64,000 bases of DNA from the human T2T-CHM13v2.0 reference genome, Homo sapiens (GCF_009914755.1 NC_060934.1), one strand, 5' to 3'; numbered from the stretch's first letter, positions 26,149 to 38,942 are shown. Program-made: numbers and translations. Notes: generated by a model from the letters alone, not told the origin.

Positions 26149-26494
26149 TGATCTTTAAGATCACCAGCAGAGTGGACTGGGACTTCAGGGTAAGATCACA
26201 TCAAGATATCAAGTCCAGACAGGCCAACCCCACACCGTTCACATGATCTCTGAAACAACTTTTCAAGAGCAGCACTGTGAATTCAACTCGACACTCTTCC
26301 ATCAAGCAAGGACGGAAAACTCCAAATGACTGCAAGACAAGAGCTCCCAGGAAACACAGAATTCCAGAGCAGATTCTTCTTTTGAAGTTTCTGTGAATGA
26401 AATCTCATAATCAGGTGGGGCTTTGAGCTGCCCTCTCCTTAAAGGTAACTTCCAGCCCTGTGGTTCTAGATTGGGTTCCGACTCAGTGTGGGGA

Positions 26495-26797
26495 TTTTTT
26501 TTTTTTTTTTTTTTTTTGAGATGGAATCTCACCCTGTCGCCCAGGCTGGAGTGCAGTGGCGCGAACTTGGCTCACTGCAAGCTCCGCCTCCCAGGTTCAT
26601 GCTAGTCTCCTGTCTCAGCCTCCTGAGTAACTGGGACTACAGGTGCCCGCCACAATGCTCGGCTAATTTTTGTATTTTTAGTGGAGACAGGGTTTCACCA
26701 TGTTAGCCAGGATGGTCTTGATCTCCTGACCTCATAATCCACCCGCCTTGGCCTCCCAAAGTGCTGGGATTACAGGCGTGAGCCACCACACCTGGCC
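26495..26797 (-). mobile_element. AluY-like with TSD agtgtgggg(a/g)ttttt
   Basis: ctgcaagctccgcc, tgttagccaggatgg; TSD at 26485 and 26798. Confidence 0.95.
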
Positions 26798-26909
26798 AGT
26801 GTGGGGGTTTTTTAAACATGTAAGTGCCTGGGTGGGTCAGTGAATAACATTCCTGCTGGCATAAGATTCTAGCAAAATTAAGACCTTTAAGAGTATAGCT
26901 TTTATCTCA

Positions 26910-27030
26910 TTCAAATCCCATTTTCACAGATAGGAGAACTGGGGCAGAACTGGCAAACAACCTATCCAATGTTGTACCGTTTTTGGTGCCTGGAGTTGGC
27001 CAAGCTGGAAGTCAGATCTAGCTTTGACTT
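26910..27030 (-). mobile_element. MIR
   Basis: cccattttcacagataggagaactgggg core. Confidence 0.55.
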
Positions 27031-27154
27031 GTTCAGTGGGAAGGACTTCTTCCTTTTTGCATGCCTTACTTTCTCATACCATTTCCTGGCTCTGAGGGAA
27101 AGCTAGAGTGTCTTGTTTCACAGTTCAGTGTTATCTCTGCACTTACAACAAAGT

Positions 27155-27352
27155 ACTGTGGAAAGAGCATGGCCTGGAAGTCCCAACAGTCTGGAATGAA
27201 GTTTTCTCTGCCAAGGCTGTCCACTGATCCGACCCTCAGTCTCTTCCTATGGTAATGGGAAAAAACAATGTCTATGATATAGGGTAGTTGTAAGGAGACA
27301 ATGAGATCAAGCACACAGAGCACTTAATAGGTCCTCAATGGATGTTAGGTAT
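27155..27352 (+). mobile_element. MIR
   Basis: gtggaaagagcatggcctggaagtc...cctcagtctcttcctatggtaatggg...atagggtagttgtaagg. Confidence 0.65.
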
Positions 27353-28157
27353 CTCTTATAATATTCCAACATCAATTGTGACTGCAGCTCAGCCGGCAGG
27401 GCCAGCTTATAGTTTGTGACACTGCACTGCTGGCCCCAAGTGGAATTCCTTGCCCTTGGGCTGGTCACGTGCTCTTCCCTTGCCAGTTGCTCTTTAAGAG
27501 GAACCAATTTCGCACTTCCAGATAGATCCACACTCCAAATTGTGTTTGTTTTAAAATAATGAATAGTGGCATTATTATCCTCACTGCTCTCCGGGGAACT
27601 CTGTGCCAAGTGTATGTCTTTTGCATTAGTAGAGCTTCACTGCAGCAGATAAATGGGCCAGCGCCTGAGCTCAAATGCACGGAAGCAAGGAAGACCCACC
27701 CCGCCTGTCTCCCACCTCTCTCGGTGAAACCTTCCCAGATGGCTGCCAGAAAGGCTTCAGATTCTTGGGGAAGCAGTCAAATGTTTCAGCAGCCATTTGA
27801 CAAGTCTGTCATCCTCCTGCCTCTCCCTGACTCTCAGATGATGTCCATAGAGAATGGAGCTGTTGAGGAAGCCAGAAAGGAACTGAGGAAGTGACAAATA
27901 GATTCTTGTATAAAACAAACCAACAAAAATTTTATGGGTGCATTGAATGCCAGGTAAGCTCAAGATGCTCAAATGAGATATGGTTATTTCCAGTGATGTC
28001 AGCAATGAAATCCCTGATCAGAGCAATCATAAGCCAGGGGAGTCCTGGTTCAGCCAAGTTGCTTTTCCTTTTGTGGTCTGGAACAAGATGCTACATCTCT
28101 TTGTTCTCTTGATAGTGAGGAATACATGAGGCTCACCATGAGACTTCTGTTGCTTTT

Positions 28158-28465
<308 letters not shown>

Positions 28466-28850
28466 TTCTGTTGCTTTTAAGAGAGGAAATAGAGGCTCTT
28501 CTTCTTGCTTCCTAGTCCTTCCCCTTGGGTGGGTGAAGGTGAGAATCATCTACCATTAGTCTGGTAGGACAGGCCTGCCCAGTATGTGTGGTCCTATGCT
28601 GAGTTCAGGTCTCTGTGTTGAATGCCATCTTCCCTGCCACACTGAAAAGGAAGATTTGGCTGGGACAGGTCTGAGCCCATCATAAGGGTGGCAAAACAGA
28701 AAATCCATTCAGTTAATGCTTCTGATGATACAGAGGCTTCCAATGCACACTTTTTGACCCACACATTTATGTTCAGTACAATTACACACAGTCATAGAGC
28801 TAACTTGGCTGGCTGAAGGAAGAAGACACCCATCACACAACTTTAAATGT

Positions 28851-28908
28851 GAGAGAAGTCAAAGCTTTTTATACAAAAATACCTTCTCCATTCCCACACT
28901 AAGCCTCC
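28851..28908 (+). repeat. Dispersed direct repeat, copy 1 (58 bp)
   Basis: 52/58 identical to 30188-30245. Confidence 0.9.
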
Positions 28909-30187
28909 TGGAGCACCATCTTGTAATATTGGCTACATGAGGTTTTTTGTTTTGTTTTGTTTCTTTAATTCTGGGATTATATTTTACAATTTTATCTTTG
29001 CCTTATATTTGTTAAAGACACTAATTTGTTTAAAGTAAGCATGTAATGTCTATAAATTCTATGACCCTCTTTTCAATTTCTTTGTGTTTTTGATGTATCA
29101 GGAGACTCAAAAATAGAAGTGCCTTGGATCTCTGTCAACCTCTAAGGGGTCCCATGGGAGTGTGCCTCTCCTCCTTCCTCTCAATTGCATTCCCCAGCAT
29201 CTGTCTCCTGTGAGAGATGCTTCCCATCTCTGGCATTCTACTCTACTTCATCCTGTGTGTGACCGCCCCAGAACTGTGGAATGGAGTTCCAAGACACAGA
29301 GGTAGGTTTTCAGGTGGAGGTGGTAAGAGCAGGTGACCCGCCCAAGGTCAGGAATCTCCTTAAATTCTGACGAACATTCTGCACTTGTTCACCATAGTTG
29401 ATCAGAGCTGTGCTAGGAATAAAGTGCTGCTTCGCTTGGCTTTTTGCTCTGCACACATATTTCCCGGGAGGCCCTTGCAGGGAAAGGTGACTTGTCAATG
29501 GCATCTACAGCGATTTGATTGTTCTTGGATCCCCTTGTCAAATATCACCAGAATATCAGCTGGAGATCTCCAAATAGCCCCACAGCCAGCATAGTGCCAA
29601 CTATAACATGATCAACATTTTGCATCTATTCAAAATTCCCAATAAAAGGCCCACTCACCAAGCAGAGGGATTCTGAGGATGCAGAACAGAGCTTCTGCTG
29701 GTCTCTGCCTTAATTATCATCTGTCCCATGTCAGACATCAGTGCACAGAAACAGAGCTTCATCCACCTAATGAGACCCATGAGCCAGAAACTTTGGGCTG
29801 ATGATGTGTCCTTGAGCCTCTTGCCTTTAATTTACTTTCCTTTACTTGTGGCTCCTGGGCTGTGAGACGCTTCTTGATGCCAGTGTCTTGACTCATACAC
29901 TGAGATTATCTCTGCCTGAGCATCTCTCTCAAGTCTGTTCTGTTCTGCAATAGCTGGAGACTGAAGGTGAGGCAGGTTTCTCTAGTTTCTCAATCTCAGA
30001 AATGAGACATGACCCAGGTTCCCCCATGCAATCCTGAGCCGGGGGCTGGCAGAACCCCCAGTGCCAATTTGAATACAGGAGCCCAGAGTCCCTTCAGGAC
30101 TGTTATCCACCCCTCCATTCTTGCTGAGAATCTCCCTCCCTTCAGCCATCCCGGACTCTAACACACAAGATTTAGATGAAATTTGAA

Positions 30188-30245
30188 GAGAGAAGTCAAA
30201 GCTTTTTATGTATAAATGCCTTCTCCATCCCCACACCAAGCCTCC
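30188..30245 (+). repeat. Dispersed direct repeat, copy 2 (58 bp)
   Basis: gagagaagtcaaagctttttat...ccttctccat..ccacac.aagcctcc. Confidence 0.9.
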
Positions 30246-30376
30246 AAGTCTCTCTGTGTTGTGCCATCTTTCTGGAGAGGCAGTGAAAGGGATACACTAC
30301 TTCCACATTAGCCTACAATACCCACTAGTAGACCCTGTATACCAGTAGGAGTGATAACAACAGATTCCTCGAACTC

Positions 30377-30538
30377 GTTGCTCTCAAATACTAGCAAGCC
30401 TCAGAATCACAAGTGGGCCCTCCTCACTCAGAGATTCTGATTCCATATATTGGGGTTGGGCCTGAGAATCTGCATCTCTTAAAAGTTCCCAGGTATCCCT
30501 AATGCTGCTGGTCTAGGCTCATGTGAAAACTACCACTG
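30377..30538. mobile_element. MER5A-type MITE
   Basis: cagagattctgattc...gggcctgagaatctgcat...aagttcccagg...tgctgctggtc. Confidence 0.8.
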
Positions 30539-31374
30539 GAATTCACTTCAGGACAGCATTGCACTGCACATCGAAAGCCATCGAGGGCTAACCCATCTCT
30601 CTCCATTTCAGACTACTTTCGTTGTGCTTCTTTCCAGAGACTTTGGCCTTTCACTGTAACAACTCCTCAGAAATGCTACTTACTTGCCCCAGTGCCATGA
30701 CTTAGGACCTCTCTCAACTACTTTTCTCTTCCCTATAAATAACACCAGCATGGTCTGCAGAGCCAAAGTGGAATGGGCAGCTTTATGTGCCAGGCTGAGG
30801 GAGTGCTCTTTCTGGGGAGTTGCTTAACCACAGTCTGTCTCAGCCAAGAGCTGGGATTCCACTTCCCCAGAGATCTAGTTGCTTCATTCACTCAGCAGCC
30901 TCTTGCCTTGTCTAGTCTTATTTCCCAGAGAAGCTCCCTTTTCTGGACTGCCAATCAAATATTGCCATGTTCTCTCAATCCCAGAAAGAATCAAAATAGC
31001 CTTTGGGGAATTTCATCCATATAGGAAAACAGTGAAGTTTGGGCAAAAAAGAGATTATGTGACCCAAGTATATTATCCTGCCACTAGTAGTAGACATCTC
31101 TGAGTTCCAACAGCTATAGGAGAAAGAAGGACTCAGCCATGGGTTTGATTCCATTTGATTCCACCATCATTTACTAAGCAATCTCCGTGTGCTGACAACT
31201 GTGGCATTCTACAGATGCCTTCTAACTGTTGCCCAAGAAGTTCATAAGAAGGACAATACTGACAGCTCCCAGTACCATTAGTGCAGGGCTCAGCAGCATC
31301 AGAAATTGCTTGCACATAGCCCACACACCCTTACCATCAAAAGAGTTTGCTGGGTTCTACGTGCCAGACCCTGC

Positions 31375-31550
31375 ATTAGGATACCCTCCAGTCTCCTAAT
31401 GGGGCTTCGTATTGGACAAACTCAAACCGAAGCCAGGCAGCAAAGGAACCCATCAATACAATCCATATAGTTGAGCCCCTAGCCTCACAGAGCAGGGTGA
31501 AGAAGGGTTGGAAATAGGGTGAGAGAGGCAAATGGAAGATGCCCAGCGCA
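31375..31550 (-). mobile_element. LTR33 fragment (ERVL)
   Basis: attggacaaactcaaaccgaagccag...cacagagcagggtgaagaagggt...ggcaaatggaagatgcccagcgca. Confidence 0.75.
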
Positions 31551-31799
31551 TTTTCCAAAGAGTGAAACTGCATTTGAGAGAAAGGGGGCCCTGTGGGCAG
31601 GCATTTAACCCCGGATGGGAAGGTGGGGAGGGGTGGCTAACACAAAAAAATTCAGAAAACCCTAAAAATGGCTACGAACTGAATATCCCTAATATGCTTT
31701 CAAACTAAAGAAGATCTGGCTACAAACTTGAAAGCTCATAAGGCACAAAATGACTCAACTCTTATTATGGGAGGAACTTGACTTTCATATTCAATATCG

Positions 31800-32560
31800 A
31801 AAAATAGAAGAGGGGCACATTAATTGAGAAGATAGACAGGGGATCTCATAAGGGTTTAGAAGGGTATTAGCATTTTCTTTGAGTCTAGAAGAAAAGGGAA
31901 GCAATTCAATAGAAAAAAGGTCATATGTAGGATCATCTGAATAAAGGCATGAAATCAGAAAAATAAGAGTGTATTCAAGTATTGATGAATTTCCAGGAAC
32001 AGGGCAATGCACAGTATGCTGGCAGGAAAATGTGGTCAGATTCATATGAAAAAGTAGACTGGTGCCAAATCAGAAATACTTTGGAATGGCAGACAAAGAA
32101 CAGACTGCTATGTATGCAGCCGGGCATGTTCGAAAGGAGAGTAGCTTGCTCAGTCCAAGATGCGCGTGGCACTAACCTGCCAGGTAATTCAGCTGCAGGA
32201 CGGATTAGAGGACACTGAGGGCAGATGGAGAAGGCCAGTCAAGAGGCACACAGTAAAGATGGAAAATGGCTATGGACAGTGGGAGGGGGAGAAAGGAGTA
32301 GCTGCAAAATATGTTATAAGCTTAGCAACAAACACATGGACATCTAGACATCACGGTGAGTGGAGAGGGAGAACCAAGTGTGCCTCTGAAATTTCTCCAC
32401 TATCTTCCTATGAAGATGTTTCTGCCATTCACCATGATTATTTGGGATGAGGCTGGGGGGTAATTCAGTTGTAGAAGTTACTGTAGGACATCCAAGTTTC
32501 AATGCTATATCTGGTAGCTGAGAGTATAGATCTGATGTGGGAAACTACAATGAGGTGCTG
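31800..32560 (-). mobile_element. Degraded L2 (L2c-like)
   Basis: Purine-rich antisense L2 pattern: gagtctagaagaa, aaaggcatgaa, ggagaaggccagtcaagaggc, gtaggacatccaagt. Confidence 0.5.
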
Positions 32561-32709
32561 GGTTTTAAAACAGGGTGAAAATTGAGGCAAGAATTAGAGT
32601 CAGGGACCATTTAAGAAAAGAGATTTGCCTTGCCCAAAGTTGAGCTAGGAAGATGGGAGCTGGGAGCTGTCTGGCTTTTGCCACCATATTGTCAACCATG
32701 ATCCCCTAG

Positions 32710-33160
32710 GTTTACTCCACCCCAGCCACACTGGACAGCATGCTGCCCCTACACATCACTCCTTCTCACTGCAGACATGTCACTCTTTCCTGCCACAGTG
32801 CCCTCATACTTGCTACTCACTCTGCCTGGAATATTCTCTTCTAAACATTGTCATACCACTTGCTCTATAACTTTAGGTGTCTGATCAAATGTCACCTCTC
32901 CAGTAAGGCCGTTTAAGACCAGTCTTTCTATAATAGGTCCTTTCCTCCAAAACACTCTTGAGCCCCTCACTCTGGTGTATATTTTATCAAAACACTTCTC
33001 ACTAGTTGAAATCAAACTACACATATATAATGTGTGTGTGTGTGTGTGTGTGTAAAGGTCCAGGAAGGCAGGAACTTAATGCATTTCTGTGCCCCTAGAG
33101 CCTAAAAAAAAAATCTAGCATAGAAAAGGTATTTCTCAATAAATGTCTATTGAATGAATG
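32710..33160 (+). mobile_element. L2a 3' end with internal (TG)n at 33031-33053
   Basis: ccagccacactgg...ctctgcctggaat...tcaaatgtcacctctccagtaaggcc...ctcaataaatgtctattgaatgaatg. Confidence 0.8.
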
Positions 33161-33845
33161 TGTCAACTGCAGAATGATGAGGTTTATAAATTTGGAAAGG
33201 AGAGCTTTATTTCTCATAAAGCTTTGCAGCCTGCAGGGTGGCCTTTCTGACAACCTGTGTAGCACAGCTTCTGGTAGGAAGCCAGAAACAGATACTTAAA
33301 GGGAGGGACAGGGGAAGCGGGAATGCATGCTGAACGGGGTGGCTGAATATGCATATTTAATAAGCTATAGAAGGAGTTATTAGTATTCATGAAAGGAGAA
33401 ACGTGCCCATGTTCAATTGAACTTTATGCCTCTTAATGGGACCCCTATACAAAAAATGGTGTTAGCATGATCTGAGGGTGGAGTTGTCAGTCCTCTAATG
33501 TCAAAAGATGAAACAGAGGACAAAAAAACCCTCACTACGTATTCTTAGTGGACTAGCCAGAACAACTCCGTGGTGGGTGGTCTCTTATCAGACAAAACAG
33601 GAGGGGCAGTGTCAGGCAATTAATTGAAATCAGTAGGGAAGTCTTCTGAATGGGCTGGTCTCTGTTATGCCCTTAGGGAAGAAAGCCTAATCGTGGTTAG
33701 TGAAGGAGGGGAGATAATAAGGTGTCAAACATCCTTATCCCTTCATGGCTGAGAACTCAGTTTTCAAGGTTACTCTGGGGTTCCCTTGGCCAAGAGATGG
33801 TCTGTTCATTCAGTTGGGGGCTTAGAATTTTATTTTCAGTTTATA
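33161..33845 (-). mobile_element. MER39 solo LTR (ERV1) inserted in the L2 tail
   Basis: Antisense ends tgtcaac... and ...cccttggccaagag..cagttgggggcttagaattttatttt; cccttagggaagaaagcctaat. Confidence 0.85.
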
Positions 33846-34154
33846 AATTAATAAATAAATGAATGAGGTGTGAGATACAGTAATGCTATAGAAATGTTGA
33901 GAAGGCAGGATTCCAGGAAACATGAGCTACAGAGGAAGAGCTATTATGGATAAGGTGGCATTTGGGGTGATTCTCAGAAACAGGGATGAATATCCCATTT
34001 GCACAGGGAAAAAAAGTATGGAGTTTGGCAAATGTGTGGGCCCTTCATAGAAAATAAAAGGCACATGTCAATGTGTACAGACATTTTATTCCTGAATGGC
34101 CTACTTCTACTTCATTGTGGTCAAAACGGGCCTGTCATTTCTGAAAGCAGGGGC

Positions 34155-34377
34155 CTATGGCTGAGGACATAGTTCTGGGGTCAGGCCAGCTTGTGCTTCA
34201 TAGCCACACTCTGCCACTTACCAAACTTTGCAAATCAATTACCCTCTCTGACCCTAGTTTACTTCCTCAAGTAATTAAGATGATAAATCTAGTTTCCAGC
34301 ATTGCCCTAAATGTGCAAACTAGAAAACATATGTAAATCACCAGGACTTAGAATGTGCTCAAGAAAACTCAGTTATT
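34155..34377 (+). mobile_element. MIR
   Basis: ctggggtcaggc...ctctgccactta...caaatcaattaccctctctgaccctagttt. Confidence 0.6.
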
Positions 34378-35245
34378 TCCTTGACCCCAGCTTTCCTAAC
34401 TGGCCTAGACTAGGACTAGGTTTTTTTTTTGTTTTTTGTTTTTTGGAAATTGTGCTGACATTATTTTATTCTCAGTAATTTCTTGAAACTTCAGGGTTAG
34501 ATCTAAAGATTAGTATTGTCTCCGTCAGCTGCCCCAGGGTGACGGCTGTGTTTTAATGGAGTCACATTTCTCCACAGAGTGCCCTGAGGGGCTATAACTT
34601 GGGGCCGTCATCAGCCCTGGCAGCTCCTTGTGACCTTGGGTAGAAAGGAGGACATGAGGTTCCCTTGGGCCAGCCCCGTACACAGGGAATCAGATGACAG
34701 GAGGCCAGCCTGGCTTTGCTTCCTGCCAGCAAGTCTGCCTCCAGCATCCATCCTCTCCCCACAGACCAAATGTGCGGCAGTGGGAAAATGTTCCCACAGA
34801 ACCATGCAGGCCCTTGGGCAAAAAGCTGATCCCATTACCCATCAGTCTTCATTATAATGAGAAATTAGAGCTGGGAAGGTCCCACAGGGTGCCTGGAACT
34901 GCCTCCTTTCCTTTGCTGCAAAGGGTCACTCCCACAATCAGCCTGCAGCAACCGCTTCTCAGAGAATAACAGATATTTTCATGAAAAAGTCCATTTAAAG
35001 GAATCCAGCTCCAGTCCCCTTCCTTGGTTTCCTCTATCACTTTCTGCTATTTAATTGAGTCACTTGAAAGAGACCAATGCAAACACCAGTATCACTTCTA
35101 GTTGTGAGGTCAGACAACTAGCCCCCACCATAGAACTCAGGAAAATGCATATCCAAATTGCTGGTCCCCTCGGAGAATTTGACCCTCTAATATGGCAGAA
35201 ACTCCTTCTATCTCTTACCTTTCTGAGCACTGGAGAAAATCAAAG

Positions 35246-35410
35246 ACTGTTCTCTAAGTGGGGTTCAGAATCGCTGGAGAACTTGGTAGAAATGCAAATT
35301 CTTGGACCCTAGTCTAACCTACTGGATCCAAAGTTCTGAGGGAGAAGTTGAGCCATCTGTGTTTTTGCAAGCCTTCCAGTTGACACTTCTGCACACTCAG
35401 AACCACTAGT
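35246..35410. mobile_element. MER5-type MITE
   Basis: tagaaatgcaaattcttgg...cctactggatc...atctgtgtttttgcaagccttccag...agaaccact. Confidence 0.75.
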
Positions 35411-35723
35411 CTAGAAATCTCGGCTCTTTGCAAAGACAGTAGTACTCTAGGAGATGCCTGGTATGGGGACAGAAGAAAAGAGGGAAAGGTTCATAGAGAA
35501 GGATGAGACCTGTCCTCAGTGGCTGAGAACTGGCAGACCCAAGACAGGCCAGCTCAAGAGGTCTCTGAAGCCCACTTGTTGCAGGTCTACCCAGAATGAC
35601 CTCAGAAAGGAGGTGACTCTGGCAACCTTGGTCTAAGTCACAGCGAATTTCTTGACATTCTGGTGGTCCTAACTTTCAGGGTGGTAATTCATGATTCAAT
35701 ATCACCCTTGTGATGATCTTCAT

Positions 35724-36347
35724 TAACACAGAAGCTAGAAAGAAATTATTTAGGCAGATAGTGAGGGTAAGAGAGTCCTTGATAAGATTTCCTTTTAATA
35801 AAAAGCAGCCCCCAAATCGTTTCTTTTGTAACAAAAAGCAGCCTGAGAAATCAAGCTGCAAGCATAAATAAGCAAGCAAAAATGCCGGCAGCTGTGCCAA
35901 TAGAAAAGGGATATATGGAAGCCAGGTTTATTCAACATGAGGTTCCCTCATTCTTTTTCTTTGTCACCGTGTGTGGTAAAAAAGCAGACAACATGGCGCC
36001 GGCCAGGTAGTGACCCTATCTGCATAATACAAGATTAGGCTGGGATGGCCAGCTTCTTCACACGCTATGCAAACAGCACACCTGGTCCAACCAATCTTTT
36101 GGGCCCTGTGTAAATCAGACACTGCCTCCTCAAGCTCGTCTATGAAACCCCATGCATTTCACCACAAAACCGGAAGACCCACTCGGGATCCCCTCTCTCT
36201 CTCGGGAGAGAGAATTTTTCTCTTCTCTTTTCTCTCGCCTATTAAACCTCCACTCTTAAACTCACTTCTTGTGTGTCTGCATCCTCGATTTCCTTTGCGT
36301 GAGACGACGAACCTCAAATATTTACCACAGACAATGATGCCACTTCA
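35724..36347 (+). mobile_element. LTR9-family solo LTR (HUERS-P3/ERV1) with 4-bp TSD TCAT
   Basis: gctagaaagaaattatttaggcagatagtgaggg...caacatggcgccggccaggtag...ccaatc...attaaa...gccacttca; tcat at 35720-35723 and 36348-36351. Confidence 0.88.
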
Positions 36348-36569
36348 TCATGTTCCCAGCGCTGCACTACCAGATGATGGGAGGGGGCAGTGGAAAGTCC
36401 TAACTATCCCAGCCCTGACATTTACTTGGGCTTTCCCTTTGATTGTTTTAAGCTCTTTCTGCCTACATTTTCTTTGGTCTTAGCTCAGTCAAGACACTAA
36501 AGTATCTTAATCTCTCCTTTTACCTGTTCTATACGTTCTCTTCCTTTTTCAGAAGAAGAAAACAAAAAT

Positions 36570-36762
36570 TAATATTTATTTAATATCTATAGATACTTTG
36601 CATTTTACTAAGCCAATGAAATACATCCCATTTAATGCCCAGATAACCCTGTTAGGCAGGCATAATTATTCGATTATGTTTAAATGAAGTAACTGAGGTT
36701 CCAGGAAGTCATTATTTGAATAAGGAGCCTGCCTAGTATGAGATGGAACTGTGTGTGACTCT
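36570..36762 (-). mobile_element. MIR
   Basis: cccatttaatgcccagataaccctgttaggcagg...aaatgaagtaactgagg. Confidence 0.6.
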
Positions 36763-36862
36763 ACTTCCCTCTCCAAGTCTTTCCCTTAAGCACAAGCTTC
36801 TTTTTTATATTGGGAAATTTACTGTGTACACAAGGGTAAATAAATAAATCATGTAAGTTCAC

Positions 36863-37246
36863 TGCATTAAACAAGACTAATTTATTTTGCAATAACAAAT
36901 GTCTACATCTCACTAGCTTAGCACATAAATTATAGTTTTTCACTTACATGAAGTTCACTACAGGTCCAGAGGTTCTCCAGGGCACTCCCTTTCAGCAGAG
37001 ACCCAAGAGGTCCAGGCTGTCTCCATCTTCTGTTTCAGTCAACATGACAGGGAAAAGATCTCAGGGAGATCATGTGATAGTTTTTACCATCTCCGTCTGG
37101 GAGTGATGCTCCTCACGTCCCTTCACATTTTATTGACTAGAACTGAAGTTATGGGTTCCCCTAAAGGCAAGCAGGCTGGAAATGTGGAACTCTATGTACC
37201 CTGCAAGAGAACAAGTTTTAGTGAACACAGAGCATATATTCTGGCA
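36863..37246 (-). mobile_element. MLT1J/I-like MaLR LTR
   Basis: tgcaataacaaat..atctcactagctta; tccaggctgtctccatctt; tcacattttattgactagaact; aggctggaaatgtgg; ttagtgaacac. Confidence 0.65.
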
Positions 37247-37259
37247 AGCATGGCTTAAA

Positions 37260-37812
37260 GAAAATAGTAAAATCAATATACATATACCTACCACTCAGCT
37301 TGACAAATTCTACAGTATCAGAGAAGCCCATATGTGCCTTACCCATTGCACCACCCTCTCATAGCAAAGTTCTGTCTTAAATTTTGTGTTAACCATTCCA
37401 TTCCTCCTTTGTAAATAGAACCGAACACTTGCTTGTATTTTTTTTTAAAAATATGTACAGAGTTCCTGTTCTTGAACTTTATATAAACAGAATCATAATG
37501 TATATATTTTTCTTTGGCTCAATATTATGTTTTTGAGATTTATTCACACTGCAACATGTAACTTTAGTTCATTTATTTTCACTAATGCCCAGTATTTTAT
37601 TGAGTGAATGTACCAACATTTTCTATTCTACTGTTTATGTAAAATAGAAACTCCATTTGTTTGCTAATATGAATAATGTTGCTCTGAATATTTGTGTAAG
37701 TATCTTCTCACGAACTTTCTCAAGAGCATTTTAGGGCATATACTGATGGAATAAATTGCTAAGTTATAAGATATTCTCATTTTAAGTTTCACTACAAAAT
37801 GACAGACTGTTT
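37260..37812 (-). mobile_element. L1ME-type 3' region
   Basis: ttgaactttatataaacagaatcata...ctcaatattatgtttttgagatttattc...gaataatgttgctctgaatatt...gacagactgttt. Confidence 0.8.
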
Positions 37813-37928
37813 ATCCATAAACGGAATTGGACAATAAGCAGTGTTGATGAGGATGTACAGCAACAGAGACTCTCATCTTCCTAAGTTCAGTGGGAGCAAA
37901 TGTTGGTAAAATCACTTTGGAAAACAGT
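37813..37928 (+). mobile_element. Inverted L1ME fragment continuing the preceding copy
   Basis: agtgttgatgaggatgtacagcaacagagactctcat...cactttggaaaacagt. Confidence 0.75.
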
Positions 37929-37934
37929 GCGTAA

Positions 37935-38940
37935 ATGAGTCCCATGTTCAGAAACAATGTTGTTTGGGACAAAAGGATAATATTCTGTAAGTTTTTCATT
38001 GGTGATGCTGGCAGAAACGTTAAGATATTAAGGCAATTTCATATCCAAGGCAGAAGGCCCTCCAGTGAGCACAAACACATCCCCAATGGAAGTCCTTTCA
38101 TGATGGAAGAGGTCATTGCAATCAACCTGCCACTAAGTAGCTGGTTGATTCCCCTGTAGAGTGTGACTGTATTGGGGGTACAATGTTGTTCTCTATCATT
38201 GGCTGGTAGACACACACACACAAAGTTGTCTGGGTTGGTATTGGCCAGGGAGAACCTATGAGGTTTAGCCCATAAATATTGTTCATTCCTGCTGCTCTGG
38301 CTGCCACTTCAACTCTTGAGTTCCGTAAACAACTATTTTAGCGGCTAAGGAAAGATGTTGACTACATCCACAATTTTGTCATTTTGACAACCTGATTACT
38401 GAGGATTTCCCTAGTGTGGATTCTCTTTGGTGTGAATTCACACAAACAACTATCTTCCAATTAGGGCCAATTTTGTGAGATTCACACATACATCTCTTTT
38501 TCCAGAACTCCTTGTCACTAATTCTCAAATCTTGTCATTCCAAGTCACTGGTCATTAGACGTAACCATTAGCCATTGCCCATGAATCAGCACACATGGAT
38601 ACCTCTATTTCTTCTCTTAATCAAAGTGAGCAAACAAATTTACTGACCATAGTCTTGCCCAGTGATAAAATATACTTTCCCCACTGCAATTGATGGCTAC
38701 CCCGGATTGGGGCTATAAAATTGGCTCATGTAAGCATATTATCATACCCATCTATAAATCAAGACTAAAATATTTGGTCACAGGGAACTCTCCCCGTTAA
38801 GTGGAAAATGTGAGTTGAAAGAGTAGTGTCGATGCAACATAAGTGAATGCCATGAAAATCTTGTTTCATTCAGGATCTGCTTCAGCCTGATTTCACATAA
38901 ACTATTTCCAGGTGCTAATCAAGTACTTCAGAACATCATA
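37935..38940 (-). mobile_element. ERVL/MaLR internal pol fossil, piece 3: RNase H and integrase N-terminal part
   Basis: Minus-strand translation WK*FM*NQAEADPE; CADSWAMANG..TW..RISDKEFW; YLWAKPHRFSL; RTTLYPQYSHTLQGNQPAT*WQVD, matching ERVL pol motifs; multiple stops and frameshifts. Confidence 0.85.
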
Positions 38941-38942
38941 GC

